Source: Octopus vulgaris (Eukaryota). From it: a DNA stretch of 64,000 bases. The stretch's first letter is position 1; the number at the start of each line of letters is the position of its first letter. Position numbers and translations under genes: made by a program. The DNA lies in the NCBI GenBank assembly GCA_951406725.2, contig OX597825.1, forward strand, positions 52,018,001 to 52,082,000, written 5' to 3'. Positions 40,609 through 52,784 of the stretch are shown here, piece after piece. Below the pieces are notes generated by a model. That model made no database searches. It worked only from the letters and a program-made list of their open reading frames with translations, and was not told where the DNA came from.

Positions 40609-40870
40609 TGGCGTAGTGGTTAAGAGTGCATGCTACTAACCCCAAGATTCCGAGTTCGATTCAAGGCAGTGACCTGAATAATAATAATAATGATAATAAC
40701 AAAAATAACAATAACATCAAAAAATACCTTAGAAATGAGAACTCGGGTTCGAAATTTCCCCAAGTCACCTGATGAAAGCTGGAGGGTATATCAACCGAAA
40801 CATTGTGTTTACAACAAACACGAGGACAAATATCCGTCAAATGTAAATAATGTACATAATTCATCATCTC

Positions 40871-40878
<8 letters not shown>
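40609..40878 (+). mobile_element. tRNA-headed, hammerhead-bearing short element (right copy)
   Basis: A-box TGGCGTAGTGG (40609), B-box GTTCGATTC (40654), (AAT)n linker, then CTGATGA..CGAAAC at 40769-40801. Confidence 0.8.
40764..40809 (+). ncRNA. Degenerate minimal type I hammerhead motif
   Basis: GUCAC CUGAUGA AAGCUG-GAGGGUAUAU-CAACC GAA ACAU U GUGUU. Transitions disrupt stems II and III relative to the 50802 copy. Confidence 0.55.
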
Positions 40879-40911
<33 letters not shown>

Positions 40912-43664
40912 CCACCAGAATAAATTTTACTACACTGCTTTCAGCTATACTTAAAAGTAGGGAGCAGCTCTCAAATTTGTGGATATAAGGTTTTCAATTA
41001 GGGAATTTCAATAAAGATAATAGTATAATAAGGAATCTTGAAATTGTAGTTATTACATCTGATAAAAAAAAAACTTAAGTGCACCAATTATGCACACACG
41101 CACAATCATACACACATGCACAAACACACACACACAAATAAATTCAATTGCTTTACTGAATAATTCTGGCTGTTTTGATTTTTATTAGCATTTTTATTTT
41201 ATACATTGAAGTGAAATAAAAATAAACAATTAGATTTAAACAGGAAATCTAAGTTATAGTTTTCTGGAGGATGTTTTCTATGTGAAGTTTTTGGAAATTT
41301 GTATTTCAACTGCTCTGGATTTACAATGCAGAGCATTTTCACTTGCAGTGGTTGTGGCAGTAAGTCTTTGGATTGAACCTCGGAAACTACGACTCCATTG
41401 TATTCCCAAATAACTGATATTACTTGTTGGTTGCAACTCCTGACAAAAGAGTCACTAATTTTCTCAGAAGGGGTGTAATTTGAACTCAGATTGCACAAGG
41501 CCAGAACGGATACTGCAATGCATTCCATTCTAATTTCTAACAATTCTAACATTGGCCCCCTGGACTGTTGCTTCTTTTTAATTAACTCCAAATCAATGAA
41601 TGGCAAAGCTGACCTCAGTGGTATTTGAATTCAGAGTGCAGAATTTCAAAATAAATTTTCCAATACATTCTATCCAATATGCTAATGAATCTGCCTGTTG
41701 GGTTCCTTTATTATAGCTTTACACAGATGAAAATGAACACAATGCCTAAAATCAGACAACCTTAAGCATTGTCACTCAATTTTTACAGAATGAAATAATC
41801 CATTTTTTGTCAAAGGAAAAATAGACTGGTTCCAGTTAAGTTGAGAAAATACATGAAGAGTTTTGTAATATAATGAATTCTATATTATTTTAAGGAATGT
41901 GTCAAATATTAACTAGGGTCTCAAAGCCTAGAACCAATGCCCTGGCAGATTCTACATCTTAAAGACAATGCACACACATATATGATTACACCATTTCCTG
42001 CAGTTACATATACATACACTCATATCCTCACATGCTTTCATGCTGCCCACCTGATAATTGCATGCGCATACCAACAGCAGTTCTGTAATACCACAAACAA
42101 ATGCCACCAAAATAACATTCTCACATACATCTATGCACTGTGCATACAAGGGCCCAGGAACAGGGGATGCACTTGTATTCCCTAAAATTTTGTGAGGTCG
42201 CAAAATTCACTAGTGCACAGCCTACTGACCTTTCCCAGGCTTAGAAAAAGAAAAAGAACAGAATGAAAATAAATAAAAGGAAAATCCTGCCAAATCCCAA
42301 GAAAGATTATTGAGCTAAAGCATCCTCAACATTAAAAAATTGAATTAAATTTACATGTGTGTGTGTGTAAAAACAATATAAGAACGACAAAACAACAAAA
42401 ACTATGGCCATTCCTCAATACTAACACAATTGAAGAAATATTAAACTCCACAATCAAGAGCCCTTCCATGTGTAGCTATCCACTTTCTCATTTCCTCAAA
42501 ATACCACAAATGACCCACCATCATGTTTGTCATTATGTTCTACTGCTATTACCCTTACCACAACTAGACAATAGCAAAAACAACATGATGTGCTTTGGCA
42601 GTCACTCTTCAACACTAGAACAATTGATGACCTATTAAACAACACAATCTTAAGCCCTTCTCCACAGTCAGGCCACATAAATTCTTCTCAGAAAAACACA
42701 AGAGATCCATCATCACCATTGTCATCTACTACTACTACCACCCCAGTTAGAGAAGAACCACTCCTTTCTTCCCCAACCTCCCACTATTCACTTCAATCTG
42801 AATGTATATCTGACAGCTCCATGATAAATTTTCCAACTATAAATAAAGTAAAATCATGAACACACAAAACCCCAAAATATTCCACTATTCTCAACATGAG
42901 AGACTATGCATATGCAGTGATGGTAGCTTCTCCCATTTCCTGGGACAAGATGCACACTTCGTACAAGCAATACCAGCCAACACCAAACCACACATCTTAC
43001 TAATACCACCACCATCACTACTAAATGCTAAATCACACTTAATAACTACCAAACATGTAACCCAGAATCCTAAAATCTGTTGCTATTCCCAACACAAAAG
43101 ATTTGATCTGATATGTGGCTGTCCCTTCACTCATCTTTCAGAGACTCGATGCACTAATAAAAGCATGACACCAAACCAATACCAAATTCACAGTAGAAAC
43201 ATTCTTTACAGTGACAGTGTTGGTCCAGACTTTCATCAAAATCCAGAATTCACTCAGATATCTACTGTAAAATCAACAGCCACAAACCATATAACTATAC
43301 CCATATTCGACAGTGCAGCCATACCAACTCCAGACAACATCCCCACCAAAAAAATTAAATAAAAATTTTTTTAGCCACGATGAATCTGGCAAAAAAAATT
43401 AAAATAAACTTCTAACTCTAATAGAGCACCAACCACTGTTGTTACCTCAGTGCACAATCACACACCATTGCTATCATTGACCCACAAACTCAACTCTATA
43501 ATAATGTCAAATGTACAAGGTCTTTCACACTTTACAAATTGAACATAAGTATCATATCTTAGAGACCTTGAAGAGAGACAGCAACCTCGTATGGTGAGAA
43601 AAGACAATATGTGTAACACTAAATGAAACGCACCTGACTCCAGATATATTGGATATGGAAGTAC

Positions 43665-45565
43665 CAGGGGCGTGCACTCTCAGGTATGCGTTGCATGCCC
43701 TGTGATTTTTTTATCTATATGATCGGAAAATTAGATAAAATAGTTACTTTGTTTCAAAGAAAATCTGTCCAGTTGTATTTTGTCTCCCCTTCTCTCTCAG
43801 TGACTCTACTTCTGCTTTTAGAAGTCATGCATTGACAAGACCAGCATGTCAGACACTTCCTCTCTGTCTCAGTTTGTCCTTCCTCCTCTCTCTCTCTCTC
43901 TCTTAGTGATTTGTTTAAAAGACATGCTAAGAGGATAGGGCATTTGAAATATTTCCTCTTTCTCTTAGTGGCTCATCATGCTGTGGGAAGACCCGCATGA
44001 CCTCCCTCTCTGTCTCTTAGTTTGTCCCTCCTTCCTCTCTCTCTCTTAGTGAGATAAAACAGAAGCTAGGAGGAAAGTCGTTCATAATATTTTGTACCCC
44101 CTTCCTCTCTCTCTCAGTGGCATGTCATGCTATGGGCTGACCGCATGATACCCACTTTCTGTATCTTTCTGTTTTGTTGAAATTGACTTACAATTTACGC
44201 CGGCGCTTCCACGTGTGTTCGTTCGTATATAAGAACAGCCTTTTGTGAAATGTGTGTTATAAACGATATTTTGAGAAATAGTTTTTCGAAAGGAGAATTT
44301 GATGGAAAATAATTAATTATAAATGGTGGGAGACCAACACCGAAAAGGGCTAATGCATTAGATAACATTATTAAAAAAAAGATTTCCGAAAGCAACAGCA
44401 ATGGAATTACTCCTCACGGCTTATTATTACCACAAAGGAAAATTATAATTTCATAATCAGCCTTTTTGAGCACATCAATGAAAATCCTGAAGCATGGGAT
44501 GATACCACCATAAATTCAGCAATTGGATTCTTACACACTTTAAAAGCTCCTGATTTCTTATTTTTGTTAGAAGTATTCAGTGAGATTTTTTCTTTTTTCA
44601 TATTTAACATCCTCCAGAGTAAAAGTCATGACATAGTGTATTGTAAAGATCAAAAAGATAAAACTAGAACTGTACTCGAAAACAAACTTGATAATTTTTC
44701 AATCTCTTTTACTCTTTTACTTGTTTCAGTCATTTGACTGCGGCCATGCTGGAGCACCGCCTTTAATCTAGCAACTCGACCCGGGACTTATTCTTTTGTA
44801 AGCCCAGTACTTATTCTATCGGTCTCTTTTGCCGAACCACTAAGTAACGGGGACATAAACACACCAGCATCGGTTGTCAAGCAATGCTAGGGGGACAAAC
44901 ACAGACACACAAACACACACACGCATATATATACATATATACGACGGGCTTCTTTCAGTTTCCGTCTACCAAATCCACTCACAAGGCTTTGGTCGGCCCG
45001 AGACTAGGTTAAATTAAAGCGTTGCACCATTCAAAGAAACAAAAAAAAATGTGTGTAATAAGTGTAAAACAACTTCCTCTGAACGAATATGAAAAAAAAT
45101 GCGCGCATGCGAAAGGGGAGTGAGGGAGAGGCCTCGGAAAATTCACATTGGGAATTTCCGAAAGCGTCTGAGGGGCAGACCCGGGCACCAAAACAAAAGA
45201 AAAATAGTGTAATATGTGTAAAACAACTTGCTCTAAACGAATATGACAAAAAAAATGCGCACATTATGTACTTTGTGTTTTATATATTTTGTTTAAAAAA
45301 TTTATTTACTTTGCTAGATAGTCGTAGGATCGACTAGTCACGACTAGCCAGCGCGAGCGCGCGCAACGGGACCACTCTTCTTAAATAGAACCAGGGTGAC
45401 GTTTTTTTTTTATTCTAGGTCATACGGGGGTGATTGCATATTCACAATCTCCCATATGTAAATCGTAGGAATTCGAAATTTTTTTTAATGAAAAATTGCC
45501 GGGGGGGGGGGGGGGGCAAAGAAATTCATTGCATGCCCAGCCCCGGAAGTCACCGCTCGCCACTG
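43665..45565 (+). mobile_element. hAT transposon (ZMYM1-like transposase remnant), internally deleted
   Basis: 8-bp TSD GGAAGTAC (43657-43664, 45566-45573) and imperfect TIRs CAGGGGCGTGC / GCTCGCCACTG. Remnant protein: IINGGRPTPK and WDDTTINSAIGFLHTLKAPDFLFLLEVFSEIF..FNILQSKSHDIVYC. Subterminal repeats present. Confidence 0.9.
44705..45002 (-). mobile_element. Young-looking 5'-truncated tRNA-SINE inside the hAT
   Basis: CTCTTTTACTTGTTTCAGTCATTTGACTGCGGCCATGCTGGAGCACCGCC...AAATCCACTCACAAGGCTTTGGTCGGCCCGAG; CpGs are retained. Confidence 0.9.
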
Positions 45566-48399
45566 GGAAGTACATATGTCAGGTTATGCACTACTCAGAA
45601 CTGAGCACAGAATATGGAAACAAGGAGAAATATTGATCTTCATCCAAAAAAAACTGGCAACAAACGTCCTCTTCTCCCACTCCAACACTATGTGATACAC
45701 TAATAATGTATGCAATTGACCTCAGTTTGATCATAGACATTATCTTCTTGATGCAGCTAACTATGGAGATCAGTTCAAAGATGCTTTGTTACTCATAAGC
45801 CAAGCCTCAAATGAGGCCAGCCCCACTGGCCAATGTACTTTTAGCAGGGCATTTTAGTTTACCTAATCTCAGCTGGCCTGAGGGTTACCTCCAACCTAGA
45901 ATTGTACAACTGAACAGGAGAGATATGAATCTTCTTTTTGATATAACTAAAAGACTTCCTCGTACAATAAATCATTACCCGTCCAACTAGAGGAAATGAC
46001 ATACTTGACCAAGTCTTTACAATCAATACAGGCTTCACTTACAATGTCAGATCATTCTCACAGCTATTTCTAACCACAGCATTTATACAATTATCTGTAT
46101 ATGGTTCAAAGAGGGCAACACACTCAAATAACATTAATGACTCACTCCTCATGAACTTGAATTTCAGGAAGGCCAAGTGGAATGAAATCAAAACTGAAAT
46201 CTTTGAAACAAATTGGTAATCTCAATGTTAACAAGCAAATTAAGTTTCTGTACAAAGAGTTTGTTGAAAGGATTTCCCATATAAACACATCTATTCCTAC
46301 AAGCATTTGATTCCATAAGATACTAATGTGTAACAAAATCAAACGAACAAAACAACTATAAAACCAAACTCTTTCAGCAGATGAGATTGAGAAAAGAAAA
46401 AAAAAGAACATCAAACTGGACCTAAAACTATCTCATGAAAAAGAAACTTCACTAAGAGAACAAGCAATGTAAAATATAAAATCTATTTCTAAGTTCTATT
46501 TCCTCTTCGCTAAACAAAAATCAGCTATGCATAATCAGATTGGCTATCTAATGGATCAAAATTAATCATATGCTAATGATTCATCACAAATATGCACATT
46601 CTTGAGTTAACATTATGATAGTGCATCTTCCCAATAATATATATATGAGCCAAATGAATTCTTTGATCCCCAGAACTCAACTTACATTTAATGACTGAGA
46701 TTCAAACTCAGCATCTGGACTAGATGGTGTCCCAGCCATACAACTAAAAACATGCAAGAACAGCCTCCTGAAATCATTAAAGATACTATTTCAAATGTCG
46801 TTAGATAACGGCGATTTCCAGAAATATTAAAAGACACAGTAATAACACCTATACACAAAGGAAAGTAGTGGGGCTGAAGCTAAAAATTACAGATATGTTT
46901 CTCTCATGTCTCACACATCTGAAATTATCAAATGCATTGTCTGAAATAGAATTAGTACACACCTTGTGGAAAACAACTTCGTAAATAATATACAGCATAG
47001 TTTTTTGGACTCAACAAAGTTGCCATTCACAACTATTACTGCACCATAACACTATTCTTAATAATCTCTTGAGAGGAAAGGACATTGACTGTATATACTT
47101 TGATTTTGTTAATACATCCGACAAGATTGTTCATGGGATCATCTGTCATAAGTTAGGGAATCTTGATATTTCAGGAAAACTTAGAGAATGGCTCTTTGAC
47201 TTCCTGCATAGTAGGAGCCAATTTTTTACTGGAAATGGTTTTTACTCTGCAAAGTCACCTGTAATAAGTAGTATGCCTCAGGGAATGGTGATAGGATTAT
47301 TAATATTTATCATCAACTTATCACAAATATGGTGAAGAAATTTTCTCATAATCAAGAAGTATGTCCTTTTTTCTGACCAGATTCACTACTGTAGTGAGTT
47401 GGTCCCTGGTGTAGAACTTGACCGCAGAAAATTTCATAGCTTTCCACACATGATAGAACTGATAATATAGAGGCAATCATGAAGTTGAATGTTGTGAATA
47501 CATATAGCATGCAATGACTGTTGAAGCGAAGTCTGTAGATATTTTTACATGGGGTTCCCACTTTAGCAAAGGACCAGGATGTGTGTTCTAAGTTGGCGTT
47601 ACCACTTTAACGAGGGATGTCGCTAATGAAAACGTCAACACTGTAATAGTTGGTTGGAATCACTAATCCAATGGCTGTGAAATGCCTCTGGTGCAGTAAG
47701 TGAAACAGCACTCGTGTCCGTGCGTAAACAACTCCGTGTTCAAGGTTTTATTCTGATACGTAATAAACGAACTCATACAGTGAGTACACAATGTTTAATA
47801 AAGTTATCTGGGATGAAGAAAATGTTCTAAACATCTCATGTTCTACGATGACAATAAGAAAACAGAAAAAAATCAAGCTGCAAAATTTACTTTCCCCAGG
47901 CACTAGACGTAGAATACCAATGTGAGTTGCTGGTAGGAAATTAACATCAAAATGCATGTGCCTGGCTCTCTCTTTCCGAAGTTGACTTTGCCATGTCATA
48001 AGGGAAAATTGAGAAAGTCCAATCGGGATACGCTCTAAGAAAAAAAAAGGAGTTATGCTACTAATGCCCTCCTGTGTGTCATTTAAAAGTTATGCCTTGT
48101 AAGCTAGCAAAGGGGGAGCTAACTACGTTCACTTGGTTTATTCTAGACTATTCAACAGGAGAGATAATTGTTGTTGACTCCCAATGGATATTTTGTGGGC
48201 TTGCGAACATGCTTCAAATAGCGTTGCGTACATGCTCCTAAAATCCTACATGAAATCAGAAAAAAGTTTAAAGATTCCATGCTTATTGGTACTATATGTG
48301 ATTGCTCTGGAATGGAACACGAATTAGTTATTGTTATGTTTCTGAAAACCAGGATGTCTGTGAAGATTTTCTCCTGACTACACTTCATAGATATGAAGG

Positions 48400-48562
48400 T
48401 TATTCTGGATGTTTTTTTGTTGCCAAAACATTGAGCTGGGCTCAAAATTATGCTGTAATGCATGTACATAAAATCTTGTGCAATGAAAAGACTTTAGCTA
48501 TCCTCTTGGAAAACTTCATCACCAAAACGAATAAGTATAGAAAGATTTTTGGAGTGATTTGA
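48400..48562 (+). mobile_element. Possible hAT C-terminal dimerisation-domain remnant
   Basis: NYAVMHVHK..LAILLENFITKTNKYRKIFG resembles the hAT C-terminus. Confidence 0.4.
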
Positions 48563-49464
48563 AGCATTACTTTTCCATATATAATAAATAAAAATAATAT
48601 TATCATACTTGTGTTTGTTTTGATTTTAAGATTGAAAAAATAAGTCAGCCTTGTATGTAAAAAAATTTGGACCTGAGTTTGCATCCCTTAAGCAAATTTC
48701 ATTCCCGGACCACTTTGTGTATACACCCCACCAATACACACACGACTCACTTCCTCATAAGACAGCTTACTTCACTGGCCTTTCACCCTTTAATTTCACC
48801 AAAATATTTTTTAAAAAGATGTTTTCCCTCATTCTGTCTTTGCTTTCCCTCTATTCATGCTTTCTATTTGATGACAAATCAATTTCTGGGAGAGCAAGGC
48901 AGTCTAACACTAAACTCATTGTATTTGTTAATACTGTGCTGTTTGTTTCTTTGTCTTAACTATTTTTGACTTAAGTGTGTGCATAGGGGTATGTATATTT
49001 TATGCTCTATCATAAATTGCTGCATTAGATTGCATGTTGTTACACCCTAAAATTAAGACTTACATATTCAAGAAATAGAGTTCGATGAATTAATTACTGA
49101 GCACAACATGATGGACACAAATCCTTCATGGTGGTGCTCTAATATAGTCTCTCTCTAATGTCTCAAACCATTAAAACGATTATATGTGTGAGTGTGTGTG
49201 GTATGCATCTCAAGAAATGCATGATGTACATGTGTGTGTTCCCTTTGTGAAGCAAACTTCACTAATTTTAACCAAAGCTTCCCAGGGACTTGTGTGTCAA
49301 ATTAAGTCACTGGAAACTTACATACTTTAATCACTCTGATTCCCCCTAGGAATTACAATTAGGGTATATGTGTCTGTGGAATCGTCAGCTGCTTCATGTG
49401 TTAATTCAAAACAGTAAATCATTAATACATGGACTGGTTGATAATTTATCATTGAAATCAATGT

Positions 49465-49830
49465 AGGCTGTGTTGTAAGAAGTTCACTTCCCAACCACAT
49501 GGTTTCAGGTTCAGTACCACTGAGTGGCACCTTTGACACATGTCTTCTACTATAGTGACAAGCCAACCAAAGCCTTGTAAGTGGATATATAATTATTATC
49601 ATCATCATTTGACATGTGCTTTCTATGCTGGTGAGAGATAGGCAGTTTGACAGGTTCCAGTTGGCCGTTTTGGCATGGCTTCTTTCTATGGCTGGAAAAC
49701 CTTCCTAATGCCAACCTCTTTACAAAGTGTCCTGGGTACTTTTTATGTGATACCAGCATGGGTGTTTTTATGAGGATGGATGCTTTTTGCATGGCACCAG
49801 TATATCGGTTTTTCTTTACGTGACATCAAC
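49465..49830. mobile_element. SINE head (+, 49465-49590) abutting an RTE-type tail (-, 49600-49830)
   Basis: CCAACCACATGGTTTCAGGTTCAGTACC..; (ATC)n..CCTTCCTAATGCCAACC. Confidence 0.7.
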
Positions 49831-49867
49831 ACTACAATAATAATCTCTCTCTCTCTCTTTCTCTCTC

Positions 49868-50197
49868 TCTTCAATGTTGGAAACTTGATTGCCCATGAAT
49901 TTTGCATTTCTTATGTTAAAAGTTGTTATTTTGAAGTGTTTCAATTTTGGTGACAATCTCTCATTAAAACCAAAGTTGATACTTCCAGATGCAGTACTTT
50001 AAATGCAGGCTAAAAACATTTGTTTCCTTTTTCTCATTAATGTTAGAAAGTTACTTGCATGTCATTGTAGATATATTTAGTTCATTTTCTCTCATCAATT
50101 TTAGAATAAGTTATATATTTCTATTTTCATTTTGTTTTCTTTCTCCTTCTTCAATGTTAGAAATTTGCCTAGAATAGTAGATATATTTCTATTGTGT

Positions 50198-50248
<51 letters not shown>

Positions 50249-50263
50249 CTCTCACTCTCTCAC

Positions 50264-50309
<46 letters not shown>

Positions 50310-50670
50310 CGGCATTGGAAACTTTCTTGCCTAGAACAGTGGATATAAGATTCTAGTTTGTTGTGTTTCTTCAATGTTGGAAACTTGGTTGGCCATGATT
50401 TTTGTGTCTCTTATGTAAAAAGCTGTTATTTTGAAGTTCTGCTTTCAGTTTTGGTGATGATCTCTTGTTAAGACCTAATACTTCCATATGCAGTACATTC
50501 AATGCTGGTTAGAAATCATTTGTCTCCTCTTCCTCATCAATGCTAGAAAGTTACTTGCATGTCAGTTTAGATAGATTTAGTTTGCTTTCTCTCATTTTAG
50601 AATAATGGATATATTTCTATTTTTGTTTTCTTTCTCTCTCTTCAATATCAGAATCTTGCTTGCTCATAGT
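49868..50670. repeat. Diverged tandem duplication (about 500-bp period) built from TCTTCAATGTTRGAAA subunits, with (CT)n
   Basis: 49868-50170 resembles 50368-50670. Confidence 0.8.
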
Positions 50671-50723
50671 TGCCCATGATGCATCTAACCATTCTCACCT
50701 CCACCACCTATACTGAAAATCTT

Positions 50724-50898
50724 CAGTTCTATATTTAAGAGATGAGGAATTATGTACATTATTTACATTCGATGGAACTCAGGTTTGAAATTTCCCTCCA
50801 AGACACCCGAAGAAGGCTGGATGGTATATCAGCTGAAACGTTGTGTTATCAACAAACAAGATCAGGACAAATATCCATCAAATGTAAATAATGTAAAT
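50724..50898 (+). mobile_element. 5'-truncated copy of the hammerhead-bearing element, preceded by its own inverted 3' end
   Basis: 50724-50776 is the reverse complement of the family 3' end. The forward copy starts at 50777, with GACAC CCGAAGA AGGCUG..CAGCU GAA ACGU U GUGUU at 50802-50847. Confidence 0.8.
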
Positions 50899-52784
50899 CT
50901 TCATACCAGAAATCTTGAAACTCCATCTTGCTCCACCACCTGCTATGGAATCTTGATAATGATAAGGGTAATGAGAGATGCTAATTGTGGACATAATAGT
51001 AATAATAATGGTTGCAGTAATAATGTTGGTGATAGTGATAGTATTAGTATTTGTAGTAATAACAGTAATATTATGTCAGATCACTTTTAGCATTATTAGA
51101 AACACATAATCCAATACAACTTGTTTCATGGTCAGGCTGTCAGTGACTAAACCAGCAATCTTACCAAATGCTTATCTGGTAAGGAGCGTGGCTTTTGTTT
51201 ATCATCCTGCAGGATGATAAACAAAACCTATGAAAAGGCAATTGAACTCACTACAGTCACCAACCAGATGAGTCTTTATTTGCTGCAAGAAAAAATTGTA
51301 GAGGTGGTGACTAGCACAGGATAACCAGCTTCAGTGAGGGCAGACAAGCCTCTCAGAAGTCTTGACTGACAACTTGTCTAGTAATGGTAACACAATGTAA
51401 CTACTGGTTGGGAGTGAACTTAAAACTCACACCTCATTCATGAGAGAAATGTTTATAATGAAAAGCAATCTTAATGACATCCATGAGGCTGGTGCTCTTA
51501 GCAAATGTGTCACATCTGGCAGGTGTCCTGTGGAACAGCAGCATAGGCCCAGTAATAATTAAGCTGCTGCTGGCTCACTATAGCAAAGGGGATTAGAATG
51601 GACAAAAGGGAACAACAAATTGTTGTTTGAATGTTATCATAGGAGGGAGCCAGAGAAAAGAGGTTATAAGAAAAGTTACTAGAGCTGTGAGAAAAAATCC
51701 TATCCATATGAATAGCTAAAGGATGTGAGTGAACAAAGATTGGCTGATCAGATCAGATAAGTTATGATCAAACATTGGCTAGAGAGGATGTAGCAAGAGG
51801 AAATTAAAATGAAGTTGTGAAAGGAACAGTAGAGAACTACTGGTCCAGAAGAAATAACTATGGGACAAGAGAATCTACAGAGCTTGGACATGGAGGGAGG
51901 AAATCTACAATCTACAGAAGATATTAGTATACCTCAAACTAGAGAGTCACTAGAAGAAATTAGCCTAGATCTAGCTACTTTCCACCTCAGACTTCTGAAA
52001 GTGATGTTCCTTAAGGAAATGAAAAGGCTATCCTTCTTGAAGTCATGTGATAGAACAAAGCTAAGATCAAAAATCAGAAAGCAAATAAAGTTGTCATGAG
52101 AATTTTAATTAAGGACATCAAGTTAAATTCCTTCATGAACATCACTACTTGTGTCATTACAGAGAAGAGATTGTTTAGAGAAACAACAAAGAAACAAAGA
52201 AGCATTCTGGAACAGGAGAATCAAGAAAGCATCAATATATGGCAGAAGGATTTAATTAAGATTGAGGAAATAAGAAATGGTAATATGAGGCTCAATGAAA
52301 GAGATCCCAATTACATGAATAAGAAATACCATCAGGTGGAGAAAGATGTTCTGGTTATACTGGATATGTTTGTTAGCACAAAAGATTAAAGTGAGTGCAG
52401 TTAAGATCAAAAGATATGTGGTAAGATATCAACAGCTTTCACAAAATCAGCCAGTTAGAATAAATAAGAAGCTGTTCTATTAGACCTTGGATGGAGGAGG
52501 TAAGGAAGAAGCAGAGTTATCTGTTACCATCTCTGGAGAGATGGTGTCAAACACAACAAGGCACTTGGACTTCATGAAGTGGAAGAAGAATTTAATGACA
52601 TGGGGATATAAGAAGACACTTTCATCATGTTGGAACATATTCAAGATGAAGTAGGGATGATGAGAAATTGGAAGGTAGCTGGCCCTGACCTAGTTCAGGG
52701 TTTTTGTTTGAAGGTTTTGAGAAATTTACATCTTAAACAATAAAAGTCCCTACACCAAGGAATTGTACCAGAATTAATGGTCAA

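Larger units (their letters stand above)
42270..47335 (+). mobile_element. Long decayed CR1/L2-group LINE (ORF1-like region, AP endonuclease, RT), split by a hAT
   Basis: 43503 MSNVQGL..YLRDL..NETHLTPDILDMEV|HMSGYALLR; 46700-47335 SASGLDGVPA..ITPIHKG..NYRYVSL..IDCIYFDF..SSMPQGMVIGLLIFII. The 5' boundary is approximate. Confidence 0.85.

Noticed and set aside
40609-40675. tRNA gene
   Set aside because: A/B boxes are present but there is no complete acceptor stem; it is the head of a dispersed repeat.
41199-41606. 135-aa ORF
   Set aside because: It begins in SINE-derived sequence, and I recognise no domain or convincing splice context.
42856-43362. 168-aa ORF as a host gene
   Set aside because: It lies directly upstream of, and collinear with, a CR1-like endonuclease; it is most likely decayed ORF1.
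47340-48000. MULE-like transposase remnant (minus strand, QFYHVWKAMK)
   Set aside because: Only a single short motif, with no TIR or TSD found; insufficient to call.
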